Shown piece by piece: positions 37,632-46,777 of a DNA stretch of 64,000 bases (positions are counted from its first letter, which is position 1; each line of letters begins with the position of its first letter). Made by a program: the position numbers and the translations under genes. The stretch is from positions 497 to 64,496 of the forward strand of contig JAAWJI010000015.1 of assembly GCA_022796795.1 (NCBI GenBank). The letters run 5' to 3'. The DNA is from Lachnospiraceae bacterium (GTDB lineage Bacteria; Bacillota; Clostridia; Lachnospirales; Lachnospiraceae). The notes under the pieces are model-generated. The model was not told where the DNA came from. It ran no database searches and saw nothing but the letters and a program-made list of their open reading frames with translations.

Positions 37632-38798
37632 CTAAGGCATCCTGTTTTCCGCCCGCTTCACAATCACAGCAACAACCGCCCGGGAGGCATGTCCGGTATC
37701 GAAATACTGGATTTCCTCCCGGTATTTTTTGCATTTTTCCTGGTAGGCGTCCTGGTCAAACTCCAGAATATGCTCCATAAGCTCCTCATTGGAGAAAGCC
37801 AGGGTAAAGGGAAGCTCCTCCAGGGTAAAGTAATAATCCTTGGTGCGGCGGATCTCCTCATAATCCTCCGCGTAGAGGAAGCCAGGCCGGCCCAGCATGA
37901 GGAAATCGAAGGCGCAGCCAGAGTAATCGCTGATGATCACATCCACGGCGCAGAGCAGCTCCTGCATATTTTCATAGGGGCTGGCGTTTAAAATACGGTC
38001 GTTGTAGGAAAGGGGATAATCCTTGTAGTTTACATTGGGATGAAGGCGCACCAGCACCGCCCATGTTCCACCGAAGCGCTTCTTTAAGGCGTCCAGCAGC
38101 ATTTCATAGTCCAGGTTGTACATGTCAGTTTTGCGATTGTCCCGGTAGGTGGGGGCATACATGACAAGCCGGGTAGAATCAGGCAGGTGAAAATACTCCC
38201 GCACCTGTTTCCGGTAGGGGGCCGGATCCTGAAAGAACATATCATTTTTGGGGATTCCCTGTTCCAGCAGCTCCCCCTGATACCAGAAGGAGCGGTGGTA
38301 CAGATCCGAACACCAACGGCAGCAGGACAGGAAGAGATCGATATACTGGGAATCCTGTTTCGCCCAGGCGATATACTCCTGGCTCAGGGCCGCTTCACAG
38401 TCCATCTCCACCTTTTTAAGCCCTGGTCCTCCATGCCAGGTCTGGATATAGAATTGCCCTGGGCGCTTTTTCAGGTAATAAAGCTTTCGGGTATTGTCCA
38501 CCCAGAAGCCGGCGGTAGCCATGTGGTACACAAAGGAGGCCGTATTGGGACGCACAGGGCGGATGCCCTGGGGAAACCTGTAGTCTGGGGAGGCAGCGGT
38601 CCAGTAAAGCTTAAAGTCCAGCTTTTGCCGCAGGAATTCCTGGGCAATAAACTTGGGGTTGTCGCCGTAGCCGCCGCCGTTAAAATTGCTGAAAACCACC
38701 TTTTTTTGGTCCAGAGGAAAGAGGGTGAACAGCTGCCAGCACAGGCGGATAAAGAGGCGATGGAGTGTTAGATAGAGAGGAAGGATATATTTTTTCAT
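37632..38798 (-). CDS. CDP-glycerol glycerophosphotransferase family protein (TagB/TagF type)
   Basis: ...YIQTWHGGPGLKKV..., ...VMYAPTYRDN... and ...DVIISDYSGCAFDFLMLGRPGFLY... are TagF-family hallmarks. ATG 38798 is preceded by AAAGGAGAA. The track start at 38834 (GTG) was rejected. Confidence 0.85.
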   Translation of the reverse strand: MKKYILPLYLTLHRLFIRLCWQLFTLFPLDQKKVVFSNFNGGGYGDNPKFIAQEFLRQKLDFKLYWTAASPDYRFPQGIRPVRPNTASFVYHMATAGFWVDNTRKLYYLKKRPGQFYIQTWHGGPGLKKVEMDCEAALSQEYIAWAKQDSQYIDLFLSCCRWCSDLYHRSFWYQGELLEQGIPKNDMFFQDPAPYRKQVREYFHLPDSTRLVMYAPTYRDNRKTDMYNLDYEMLLDALKKRFGGTWAVLVRLHPNVNYKDYPLSYNDRILNASPYENMQELLCAVDVIISDYSGCAFDFLMLGRPGFLYAEDYEEIRRTKDYYFTLEELPFTLAFSNEELMEHILEFDQDAYQEKCKKYREEIQYFDTGHASRAVVAVIVKRAENRMP

Positions 38799-38882
38799 GG
38801 GTTCTCCTTTTGCAAACATCAAATAGATGGGCACTTAGCTGGATAATATATCTATTATAGCATGCATTTTTAAAAGATTCTA

Positions 38883-38930
38883 TACCCTCAGTGGACAAGG
38901 GACCGTGTGTACCCTTGTCCACTGAGGGTA
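38883..38930. repeat. 19-bp perfect inverted repeat in a divergent intergenic region
   Basis: TACCCTCAGTGGACAAGGG-N10-CCCTTGTCCACTGAGGGTA, read directly from the sequence. It lies between the starts of the TagF-like gene (-) and the acyltransferase gene (+). Confidence 0.9.
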
Positions 38931-39073
38931 GTGTTAGAAAAAAAGCCTTTGCATGGACAATCCCTTCAACTTATGTTAGACTGTCCATAACGTTTCCAAA
39001 GATTTGGTAAGAGATAGCCTCAGAAAGAGCAGTTTTTTTAAAACGAGGCAGGCGAAAGGATTACAGACAGCCT

Positions 39074-40126
39074 ATGGATATAAAAAAGCGTGACCAAACC
39101 CTGGATGTCATAAAGGGCGTGGCTATTCTTCTGGTCATGGTGGGACATGTACTGAATTTGAATCATATGGAGGATCCCTATTTCTATGATATGATCCGTG
39201 CGGTTCAGATGCCGCTGTTTATGGTGGTCAGCGGGTATCTGTGCGCCATGGGAAGAAAGGCGGAGAGCCTGGCGGATTACGGAAGGGTGATGAAAAGGCG
39301 GGCGATTTCCTATCTGGTGCCCTTTTTTGTGTGGATTGGGGTGCTGTATCCCCTGGAGCTGCCAGGGGCTATCCTGGATACCCTGTTTCATCTGGATTAT
39401 GGCCTGTGGTTTCTGATGACCTTGTTTTTGCTCACAGCTATGGCTTGTACGGCGCAGCTGGCGGCTGGCCGGATAAAAGGAGGAACAGTTCTAAAAGAGC
39501 TGGTTTTCTGGGGAGTCTGGGGGGCAATGGCTGTGTTTGTGTTGTTGGAGACATTGCTAGGCTGGGAATTTTTAAGCCCTTCCCTCACACGCATGTACCT
39601 GCCGTTCTATGCGGCTGGATATGCGGCCGCAGCTTATGGGCCGGGACTTGGGGGAGGTAAGAGAGATTCCCTGTGGAGCAGCCTTCTGGCTGTTGTCTGC
39701 GCAGTTGTATTTCTAGCCCTTGTGATCTGCTATGATCTGGTGGATCTGGGCAGCCCCCAGGCCTTTCTGCGCCAGACTCTGGCCTCCTTTACAGGCTGCT
39801 ACCTGATCTTCTGGTTGTGCCGCCGGTGGCCTGTGGGGAAAAGCAAGGGCTTTTTTGCCTGGCTGGGAGGCTATACCCTGGAGATTTACGCCCTCCACTT
39901 CCATTTTGCCACCCTGCTGAACCGGGGAGGCGCATATGACCTGTATACCTGGCAGGGGGTTTTGTTTGCCCTGGCCTCCTTTGGGGTCATGTGTGGGATT
40001 ACGGCGGCCCTGATCTGGGCGACCAAGAAGCTGTGGATTTTGGATCTGCTGCTCTATGGAAAGAGTCCACGGAAAGAATTGCAAAAAGAGACCCGGGAAG
40101 GCCTGAAAAGGAATTCCGAAAAGTAA
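39074..40126 (+). CDS. acyltransferase family 3 membrane O-acyltransferase
   Basis: N-terminal ...LDVIKGVAILLVMVGHVL... and ...PLFMVVSGYL... motifs with about 10 TM helices. Confidence 0.85.
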   Translation: MDIKKRDQTLDVIKGVAILLVMVGHVLNLNHMEDPYFYDMIRAVQMPLFMVVSGYLCAMGRKAESLADYGRVMKRRAISYLVPFFVWIGVLYPLELPGAILDTLFHLDYGLWFLMTLFLLTAMACTAQLAAGRIKGGTVLKELVFWGVWGAMAVFVLLETLLGWEFLSPSLTRMYLPFYAAGYAAAAYGPGLGGGKRDSLWSSLLAVVCAVVFLALVICYDLVDLGSPQAFLRQTLASFTGCYLIFWLCRRWPVGKSKGFFAWLGGYTLEIYALHFHFATLLNRGGAYDLYTWQGVLFALASFGVMCGITAALIWATKKLWILDLLLYGKSPRKELQKETREGLKRNSEK

Positions 40127-40180
40127 AAGGGGCAGGTGGGGGAGCAAATAAAAGGAACGAACAATTCTGGAGGAATTTTC

Positions 40181-41653
40181 ATGCTGTTTAATTCTCTTCA
40201 TTTTCTTATCTTTTTTCCTGTGGTGGTGCTGGCATATGTGCTGGTGCCTGCAAAGTGCCGCTATCTGTGGCTCTTGGCGGCCAGCTATTATTTCTATATG
40301 AGCTGGAATCCCAGATACGCTATTTTAATCGGAATCTCTACGGCGACTACTTATGGATGTGCTCTTATTCTGGAACGGATTCCCAGGGAGCGCACAGGCG
40401 GCAGAAGATGGTGGATGTTTCTAAGTTTTCTGATTAATATCGGAATTTTGTTTTTCTTTAAATATTTTGACTTTGCCCTGGAAAATGTGAATCGGATTCT
40501 GGGGGCCCTGCACATGACCGTACTGGAAAAGCCCTTTGACGTGTTGCTGCCGGTGGGGATTTCCTTTTACACCTTTCAGGCGCTGGGCTATACCATGGAT
40601 GTGTACCGGGGAGAGATTCCAGCGGAGAAAAATTTGCTGCGCTACGCCCTTTTCGTGTCCTTTTTTCCGCAGCTGGTGGCGGGGCCCATTGAGCGGTCGG
40701 GAAATCTTTTGCGGCAGGTACAGCAGGTGGACCGGTGGCAGCTGTGGGAACCCGGCCGGATCCGGGACGGACTGCTTCTGATGCTGTGGGGATTTTTTCA
40801 GAAGCTGATGATTGCGGACCGGGCTGCTATTGCGGTGAATGCGGTGTATAGTCAGTATCAGGTATTCGGAGGCGGAGAGATTCTGCTGGCCACCCTCTTG
40901 TTTGCCTTTCAGATTTATTGCGATTTTGACGCCTACAGCAATATTGCCAGAGGAGCGGCTGAAGTCTGCGGGTTCCGGCTTATGGTAAATTTTCGCCAGC
41001 CCTATTTTTCCCGGTCTATTGGGGAATTCTGGCGGCGGTGGCATATTTCCCTGAGCAGCTGGTTTCGGGATTACCTGTATATTCCCCTGGGAGGCAGCCG
41101 GGTATCCCCGGTTCGCCACTGGATGAATCTCATGCTTGTATTTTTGGTCAGCGGCATCTGGCATGGGGCAAACTGGCATTTTATCCTCTGGGGAGGTCTT
41201 CACGGAGCCTATCAGGTGCTGGGAAAATGGAAGGACGGATGCTGCGCCTGGCTGGGACAGCGGCTGGGCAGGGATAAGCCCGTAAGGCTTCCCGGGGCGC
41301 TTCGGGTGCTGGTCACGTTTGTCCTGACGGATCTGGCCTGGATGGTGTTTCGGGCCAATTCCCTGGGGGATGTACAGGGACTCTTGAAAGCCATGGTAAG
41401 CTTTCCCGGGTTCCGGGATCCGGCGGGCATGGAGATGGTGCCTGTGGAATGGACGCTTTTGGGCATTTCTCTGCTGGTGCTGCTGGCAGTGGATCTTTTT
41501 CATGCCAGAGGGATTTCTCTGCGGAAAAAGTTGTTGAGTCTGGCGACGCCGGTGCGGGTTTTCCTCTATGCGGCGGGAATCGGAGTGATTTTGGTGTTCG
41601 GCGTCTACGGGGCGGCCTATGATACCAGCCAGTTTTTCTATTTTCAATTCTGA
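40181..41653 (+). CDS. MBOAT family O-acyltransferase (DltB/AlgI/PatA-like)
   Basis: MLFNSLHFLIFFPVVV... N-terminus, ...ISFYTFQALGY..., ...FWRRWHISLSSWFRDYLYIPLGG... and a conserved His in ...SGIWHGANW.... RBS GGAGGA precedes ATG 40181. Confidence 0.9.
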   Translation: MLFNSLHFLIFFPVVVLAYVLVPAKCRYLWLLAASYYFYMSWNPRYAILIGISTATTYGCALILERIPRERTGGRRWWMFLSFLINIGILFFFKYFDFALENVNRILGALHMTVLEKPFDVLLPVGISFYTFQALGYTMDVYRGEIPAEKNLLRYALFVSFFPQLVAGPIERSGNLLRQVQQVDRWQLWEPGRIRDGLLLMLWGFFQKLMIADRAAIAVNAVYSQYQVFGGGEILLATLLFAFQIYCDFDAYSNIARGAAEVCGFRLMVNFRQPYFSRSIGEFWRRWHISLSSWFRDYLYIPLGGSRVSPVRHWMNLMLVFLVSGIWHGANWHFILWGGLHGAYQVLGKWKDGCCAWLGQRLGRDKPVRLPGALRVLVTFVLTDLAWMVFRANSLGDVQGLLKAMVSFPGFRDPAGMEMVPVEWTLLGISLLVLLAVDLFHARGISLRKKLLSLATPVRVFLYAAGIGVILVFGVYGAAYDTSQFFYFQF

Positions 41654-41737
41654 GCGGCCAAAGGAGTCCAAGGGCTTCGTATGCCTGGATTTTTGGCGGT
41701 TGCTGCGGGGAAATTCATTTTGGGAAAGGAAAGAGCT

Positions 41738-42802
41738 ATGAGGGAACAGCATAGAAATAAGAATTTCATACAGGCGGGAAAAGGGATCCTGCAGGTACTG
41801 GCAGTCCTGTTCTTGCTGGGGGCTCTGGTGAAGCTGTGCAATTTCCTGGTGGTGGATGACGCGGATTCCTATACCAGGCTCACCCTCCATGAACTGTACA
41901 CCTGCCAGGAGCCGGTGGAGACCATTTTTCTGGGAAGCTCCCATTGCTTTCGGGCCTACGACCCCACCCTGTATCAGGAACTGACAGGAGAATCGACTCT
42001 GAATCTGGGCTCCTCCTCCCAAAACTATGATACCTCCTACTATCTTCTGCGGGAGGCCGTTTCCTGCCAACCGGTGAAAACCTTGTATCTGGATATGTAC
42101 TGGGCCTTTTTGTACAGCCAGCGGGACGGCAGGGATCTGGTGCAGGCCAATATTATTTCCGATTATATGCGTCCTTCCCTCAATAAGCTGGATTTTGTGC
42201 TTCACATGTCCAGTTCAGAGCATTATACCAACACGGTGTTTCCCTTCCGCCGCAACTGGCGGCTTCTGGGGGATTTGTCCTATATAAGGGAGAATGTGAG
42301 AAAGAAACAGACAGAGGCCTACCGGGCCTATGAGCCGGTGATCAATGAGGAGGAATACTATGGGGGCAGAGGATTTGTCTATTCCACCACCGAATTAAAG
42401 CCGGAGGAGATTACCTGGTGGGAGAAGTTTGGCAAGATTGACCTGAGCGGGGACGACACTTTTATCTGTTCTTATCTGGATCGGATTGCGGCGCTCTGCC
42501 AGGAGCAGGGCATTGAACTGATTTTCGTGACGGCTCCCAGTTATTACCAGTATTTGGATGTGGTGGGCCCCTATGACCCGGCTCATGAGCGGATTTTGGA
42601 GCTTGCGGAAAAATATGGCGTGCCCTATCTGGATTTCAACCTGTGCAAAGAGGAGTATTTGGGGCTTTCGGCAGCGGATTATATGGATGTGGATCACCTG
42701 AACGGAGCAGGAGCCGAGAAGCTTACAAAAACCCTGGCAGAGCTTAGAAATGACCCTTCTTTGATTGACGAATATTTTGTATCGTGTTATGATGTACGGT
42801 AG
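41738..42802 (+). CDS. DltD/AlgJ/PatB-like SGNH-fold partner protein of the MBOAT (N-terminal TM anchor)
   Basis: Signal-anchor helix, ...IFLGSSHCFRAYDP... (block I Ser-like) and C-terminal ...DVDHLNGAGAEKLT (DxxH block). It lies directly downstream of the MBOAT gene. Confidence 0.6.
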   Translation: MREQHRNKNFIQAGKGILQVLAVLFLLGALVKLCNFLVVDDADSYTRLTLHELYTCQEPVETIFLGSSHCFRAYDPTLYQELTGESTLNLGSSSQNYDTSYYLLREAVSCQPVKTLYLDMYWAFLYSQRDGRDLVQANIISDYMRPSLNKLDFVLHMSSSEHYTNTVFPFRRNWRLLGDLSYIRENVRKKQTEAYRAYEPVINEEEYYGGRGFVYSTTELKPEEITWWEKFGKIDLSGDDTFICSYLDRIAALCQEQGIELIFVTAPSYYQYLDVVGPYDPAHERILELAEKYGVPYLDFNLCKEEYLGLSAADYMDVDHLNGAGAEKLTKTLAELRNDPSLIDEYFVSCYDVR

Positions 42803-42930
42803 TTGCCGGAAGATTTTATATCCTGGAAGACGGCGATCAGGCGGGGGAAAAGCCCGATTGCCTGTCGTTTGGATAGGATTTTTTATAAAGATGTGAAGGC
42901 GGAGGATACTCTGCCGCAGGAAGAAAGGAA

Positions 42931-44028
42931 ATGTGTATGAAAATCATGCCGAACCGCATGGACCGGGGGTTTGCCATGCATCAAAAGGAATATGAGGAGA
43001 AGGCCCTTCAGGTACTGCGCTCGGGCTGGTATGTGCTGGGACAGGAGGATCAGGGCTTTGAGACGGAATTTGCGGCCAAGCTTGGAGCAAAGCACTGCGT
43101 GGGCCTGGCAAGCGGTCTGGACGCCCTGTGGATTGCTTTCCGGGTGCTGGGGATCGGAGCCGGGGATGAGGTAATCGTGCAGGGAAATACCTACATTGCC
43201 AGCGTCATGGGGATTACCATAAACGGAGCTACGCCTGTATTTGTAGAGCCGGATGAATACTATAATATGGACGCGGCCAAAATCGAGGAGAAGATCACAA
43301 AGCGCACCAAGGCCATACTGGTGACGCATCTCTACGGACAGGCCAGCAAGATGGACGACGTGACGGCTCTGACGAAAAAATATGGGCTTCGTCTGGTGGA
43401 GGACTGCGCCCAGTCCCATCTGGCAGGCTTTGAAGGAAAGATGACGGGAACCTTCGGGGACGTGGGCTGCTTCTCCTTTTATCCCTCCAAGAATCTGGGA
43501 GCCTTTGGAGAGGGAGGAGCCGTGCTGGTAGAGGATGACAAGCTGGCGGAAGAATTCCGGATTTTCCGGAATTATGGAAGCGAAAAGCGCTACTATAATA
43601 AGGTGGTGGGAACCAATTCCCGGCTGGATGAGCTGCAGGCAGGTCTTCTTAGGGTGCGGCTGTCCCATCTGGAGGAGATTACACAGGAGAGGTGCAGGAT
43701 CGCAGAGCGCTATCTTAAGGAAATCCAGAATCCCCGTCTGATTCTGCCCCGGGTACGGCCAGGCGCTACCAGCGTGTGGCACCAGTTTGTCCTGCGCTGT
43801 GAGGACCGGGAGGAATTGATCGCTTATTTGAATGAGCGGGAGATCGGCACCATTATCCACTATCCGATTCCGCCTCATTTATCCCAGGCATACGGATATC
43901 TGGGACATAAAGAGGGATTTCTGCCCATCACAGAGCAGTATGCCCGGCAGGTGCTTTCCATTCCCATGTACAACGGCATGACAGAGGTGGAACAGTCCTA
44001 TGTGATTGAGGCGCTGAACCGGTTTTAA
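42931..44028 (+). CDS. DegT/DnrJ/EryC1/StrS family PLP-dependent sugar aminotransferase
   Basis: ...VLRSGWYVLGQE..., ...VTHLYGQ... and ...FSFYPSKNLGAFGEGGAV... (PLP-Lys region). The start may be 42931 or 42937. Confidence 0.9.
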   Translation: MCMKIMPNRMDRGFAMHQKEYEEKALQVLRSGWYVLGQEDQGFETEFAAKLGAKHCVGLASGLDALWIAFRVLGIGAGDEVIVQGNTYIASVMGITINGATPVFVEPDEYYNMDAAKIEEKITKRTKAILVTHLYGQASKMDDVTALTKKYGLRLVEDCAQSHLAGFEGKMTGTFGDVGCFSFYPSKNLGAFGEGGAVLVEDDKLAEEFRIFRNYGSEKRYYNKVVGTNSRLDELQAGLLRVRLSHLEEITQERCRIAERYLKEIQNPRLILPRVRPGATSVWHQFVLRCEDREELIAYLNEREIGTIIHYPIPPHLSQAYGYLGHKEGFLPITEQYARQVLSIPMYNGMTEVEQSYVIEALNRF

Positions 44029-44054
44029 TTATGCAAAGAGAAACAGGAGTTCGT

Positions 44055-44477
44055 ATGAATATCAAGAAACAATATCAGATTCTGGAATTTGGCGACCTGG
44101 GAGACGAGCGGGGGCAGCTGGTGGTGGTAGAGGGAGAGAAGGACATTCCCTTTGAGATCCAGCGGGTATTTTATATATATGGATCGGATTCTCAGGTGAT
44201 CCGGGGCCAGCACGCCAACCGGAAATCAGAGTTCGTGCTTATTAATGTAAGCGGAACCAGCAAGGTACGGGTGGATAATGGCTTTGAGGAGGACATTATT
44301 GAGCTGAACCGGCCCCGCATGGGTCTGTATCTGCCCACGATGCTGTGGAAGGATATGTATGATTTCAGTGAGGATTCCGTGTTGCTGGTGTTGACCAACA
44401 CCCATTATGACGGCAGTGAGTATATTCGGGATTATGAGGAGTATCTGAGGGAAGTGGGAGGAACGAGGAAGCCATGA
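44055..44477 (+). CDS. FdtA/WxcM-type sugar 3,4-ketoisomerase (cupin), stand-alone
   Basis: ...GDERGQLVVVEGEKDIPFEIQRVFYIY...RGQHANRKSEFVLI...LYLPTMLWKDMYDFS... matches the dTDP-4-keto-6-deoxyhexose 3,4-isomerase family. There is no fused acetyltransferase domain (140 aa). Confidence 0.8.
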   Translation: MNIKKQYQILEFGDLGDERGQLVVVEGEKDIPFEIQRVFYIYGSDSQVIRGQHANRKSEFVLINVSGTSKVRVDNGFEEDIIELNRPRMGLYLPTMLWKDMYDFSEDSVLLVLTNTHYDGSEYIRDYEEYLREVGGTRKP

Positions 44478-45415
44478 GCAAAATATCCATTGTAGTTCCT
44501 GTATATTGGAATTCCGATACCCTGATGCTTCTCTATGAGGACATGAGGGAGAAAATTCTGCCCAAGCTTGGGGATTACGAGATTGTCTTTGTGGACGACG
44601 GTTCCGGAGATAACTCCTGGGAAATCATGAACCAGATCCGGGAGATGGACAACCGGGTCAAGCTTGTCAGGCTTTCCCGGAATTTTGGGGAGCATGCGGC
44701 CATTCTGGCAGGGCTTTCCCAGTGTACAGGAGACTGTGCGGTGACCAAGCAGGCGGATCTTCAGGAGGACTCAGAGCTGATTCTGGAGATGTATGAGAAG
44801 TGGAAGCAGGGAAATAAGGTAGTGCTGGCAGTTCGCTCCGACCGGGACGAGGGGCCGGTACAGAAGTTTTTTGCCAATCTCTATTATACTCTTATGCGCA
44901 AGCTGGTGATCAAGGACATGCCTAAGGGGGGCTTTGACTGCTACCTTTTGGATCGGCAGGTGATCCAGGTGCTGCTGATGCTGGATGAGAAAAATTCCGC
45001 CCTGACCCTGCAGGTGCTTTGGGTGGGCTTCAAGAGCGACAAGGTATATTTCCACCGGAAGGCCAGGGAGATCGGAGAGTCCCGCTGGACTCTGTCGAAA
45101 AAGGTGAAGCTGGTGCTGGACTCCATGATGAGCTTTTCCTATTTTCCCATCCGCTTTATGTCCGGACTGGGAGTGCTGTTTGCGGTGGTGGGTGTGATTT
45201 GGGCCATTGTTCTCATGGTACAGCGCATGATTGGTGTGGAGGACGTGGCAGGATGGACCTCTATGATGGTGTTGATGCTGTTTTCCTTCGGGGTGATTAT
45301 GGTGATGCTGGGCCTGTTGGGCGAGTACATCTGGCGTGCCCTGGACGCATCCCGGAACCGGCCTCCGTTTCTGGTGGACGAGACCCGGGGATTTGAAAAA
45401 GAAGAGGATCAATAA
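44474..45415 (+). CDS. GT2 polyprenyl-phosphate glycosyltransferase (GtrB/ArnC/CsbB architecture), copy 1
   Basis: ISIVVPVYWNS, VFVDDGSGDNS, LSRNFGEHAA and ADLQED motifs. The C-terminal double-TM hairpin ends ...LLGEYIWRALDASRNRPPFLV. ATGA overlap with the isomerase gene. Confidence 0.85.
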   Translation: MSKISIVVPVYWNSDTLMLLYEDMREKILPKLGDYEIVFVDDGSGDNSWEIMNQIREMDNRVKLVRLSRNFGEHAAILAGLSQCTGDCAVTKQADLQEDSELILEMYEKWKQGNKVVLAVRSDRDEGPVQKFFANLYYTLMRKLVIKDMPKGGFDCYLLDRQVIQVLLMLDEKNSALTLQVLWVGFKSDKVYFHRKAREIGESRWTLSKKVKLVLDSMMSFSYFPIRFMSGLGVLFAVVGVIWAIVLMVQRMIGVEDVAGWTSMMVLMLFSFGVIMVMLGLLGEYIWRALDASRNRPPFLVDETRGFEKEEDQ

Positions 45416-46731
45416 TGAAGAAAGAGAGAAGGGCAGGGAACATGCTGCTGGTCCTTTTGGCCTGCGGAGCATTTGTATTCCTTGCCTGTCATTTTTTTAA
45501 TAATCGCTGGCAGCTGAATCCCTATGATAGCCGCTACCGGAACTGGCAGCTGGATTCCGAGCAGCTGGTGATGGACAAGATTATGGATGCCAGAAGCCAT
45601 GGGATTGGCAACTACAATGGCATGCTGCTGGATTACCAGCAGCAGATCGGCTTTGCAGGAATTCTGTTTTCCGTGGTGGATAAGCTGGCGGACCGCCAGG
45701 CGGATCTCCTGAAACCCATTCCTAAGGATCTCATGTGCGCCTTGAATGTGCTGGTGTTTACGGCGCTGTTTTTTGTATTCTTATACTGGCTGTACCGGGA
45801 GTTTGGCCTTTGGACTGCCGGAGGGGTTTATGTAACGACGCTTTTCACTCACTGGATGGGATTTACGGTGAAGAATCTCTATTGGGTGACCTGGACCATG
45901 CTGCTGCCCATGATAGCCTTGCTTTTGCTTCTTATGTGGGAGGAGCATAAGGGAGCGCGAAGAGACGGATGGCTTTTCGGCCTGTCCTTTCTCACGATCT
46001 TTCTGCGCAGCGCCTGCGGTTATGAGTTTATCAGCTGCGTCATGGTGGCCCTGGAGCTGCCGGTGATCTATTATGCCATCAAACAGGAATGGGGAATAAA
46101 AAAGTATCTGCAAAGAGCAGGGAAGGCCGGTCTGGGAGCCCTGGCAGGCTTCGCCGTAGCTCTGTTTGTGAATTTGGCCCTTATGGCCGGATTGAAGGGC
46201 TGGAAGGGCGCGCTGGATTATCTGATTTTTGTCAGCGCCCGGCGAACCGGGTATGCCACTCTGGAGGGCTTTGACGCAGATGTGCTGGCCTCTTTTCAGG
46301 TGCCTCTTTCCCAGGTGATTCAGTCTTACTGGAGGGGAGACCCTACCTGTGTGCTCTTTGGGGCCTGGGGACTAAGCGTGCTGGTGCCTTTGTTTTTCCT
46401 TTTGGGAGCAGCCATGATTTTGACCCTGTATTTTCGAAAAAAAGCACGTGGAAATCCGGCCATGGCCACCCAAGCTTCTCAAAGGGAGAAGGCCGGGGAG
46501 CGAAAGATGCTGGCACTTTTGGCTGTCATGGCAGTGTCCCTTCTGGGTCCTTTGTCATGGCTTGTGCTGGCCAAGGGACATGCGGTGCACCATCAGCATA
46601 TTGACTATGTGATCTTCTGCCTGCCCTTTACCATGCTGGGCTTTGCCTCCGTGGCTCAGGAGCTGAAATGCTGGGCGCTATGGCTTATGGAGCGTGTGAA
46701 AGCCGGGAAAAGGAAGGAAGAAAGCGTCTGA
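45415..46731 (+). CDS. uncharacterised polytopic membrane protein (438 aa)
   Basis: About 10 hydrophobic segments and no motif I can assign. The start overlaps the stop of the GT2 gene (TAATG). Confidence 0.6.
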   Translation: MKKERRAGNMLLVLLACGAFVFLACHFFNNRWQLNPYDSRYRNWQLDSEQLVMDKIMDARSHGIGNYNGMLLDYQQQIGFAGILFSVVDKLADRQADLLKPIPKDLMCALNVLVFTALFFVFLYWLYREFGLWTAGGVYVTTLFTHWMGFTVKNLYWVTWTMLLPMIALLLLLMWEEHKGARRDGWLFGLSFLTIFLRSACGYEFISCVMVALELPVIYYAIKQEWGIKKYLQRAGKAGLGALAGFAVALFVNLALMAGLKGWKGALDYLIFVSARRTGYATLEGFDADVLASFQVPLSQVIQSYWRGDPTCVLFGAWGLSVLVPLFFLLGAAMILTLYFRKKARGNPAMATQASQREKAGERKMLALLAVMAVSLLGPLSWLVLAKGHAVHHQHIDYVIFCLPFTMLGFASVAQELKCWALWLMERVKAGKRKEESV

Positions 46732-46777
46732 GGATGGACGAAAGGATCAAAACAGGTGGAGGGAAAGGGCCGGGAAG

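Noticed and set aside
37629-38771. 120-aa and 194-aa plus-strand ORFs
   Set aside because: They are antisense to the TagF-like gene (WHGGPG and YAPTYRDN motifs lie on the minus strand).
40421-42205. 594-aa minus-strand ORF
   Set aside because: It is antisense to the MBOAT and DltD-like genes, both of which carry strong family motifs. Its composition is H/Q/P/G-rich and non-protein-like.
42883-43878. 331-aa minus-strand ORF
   Set aside because: It is antisense to the DegT aminotransferase, which has the PLP-lysine motif on the plus strand.
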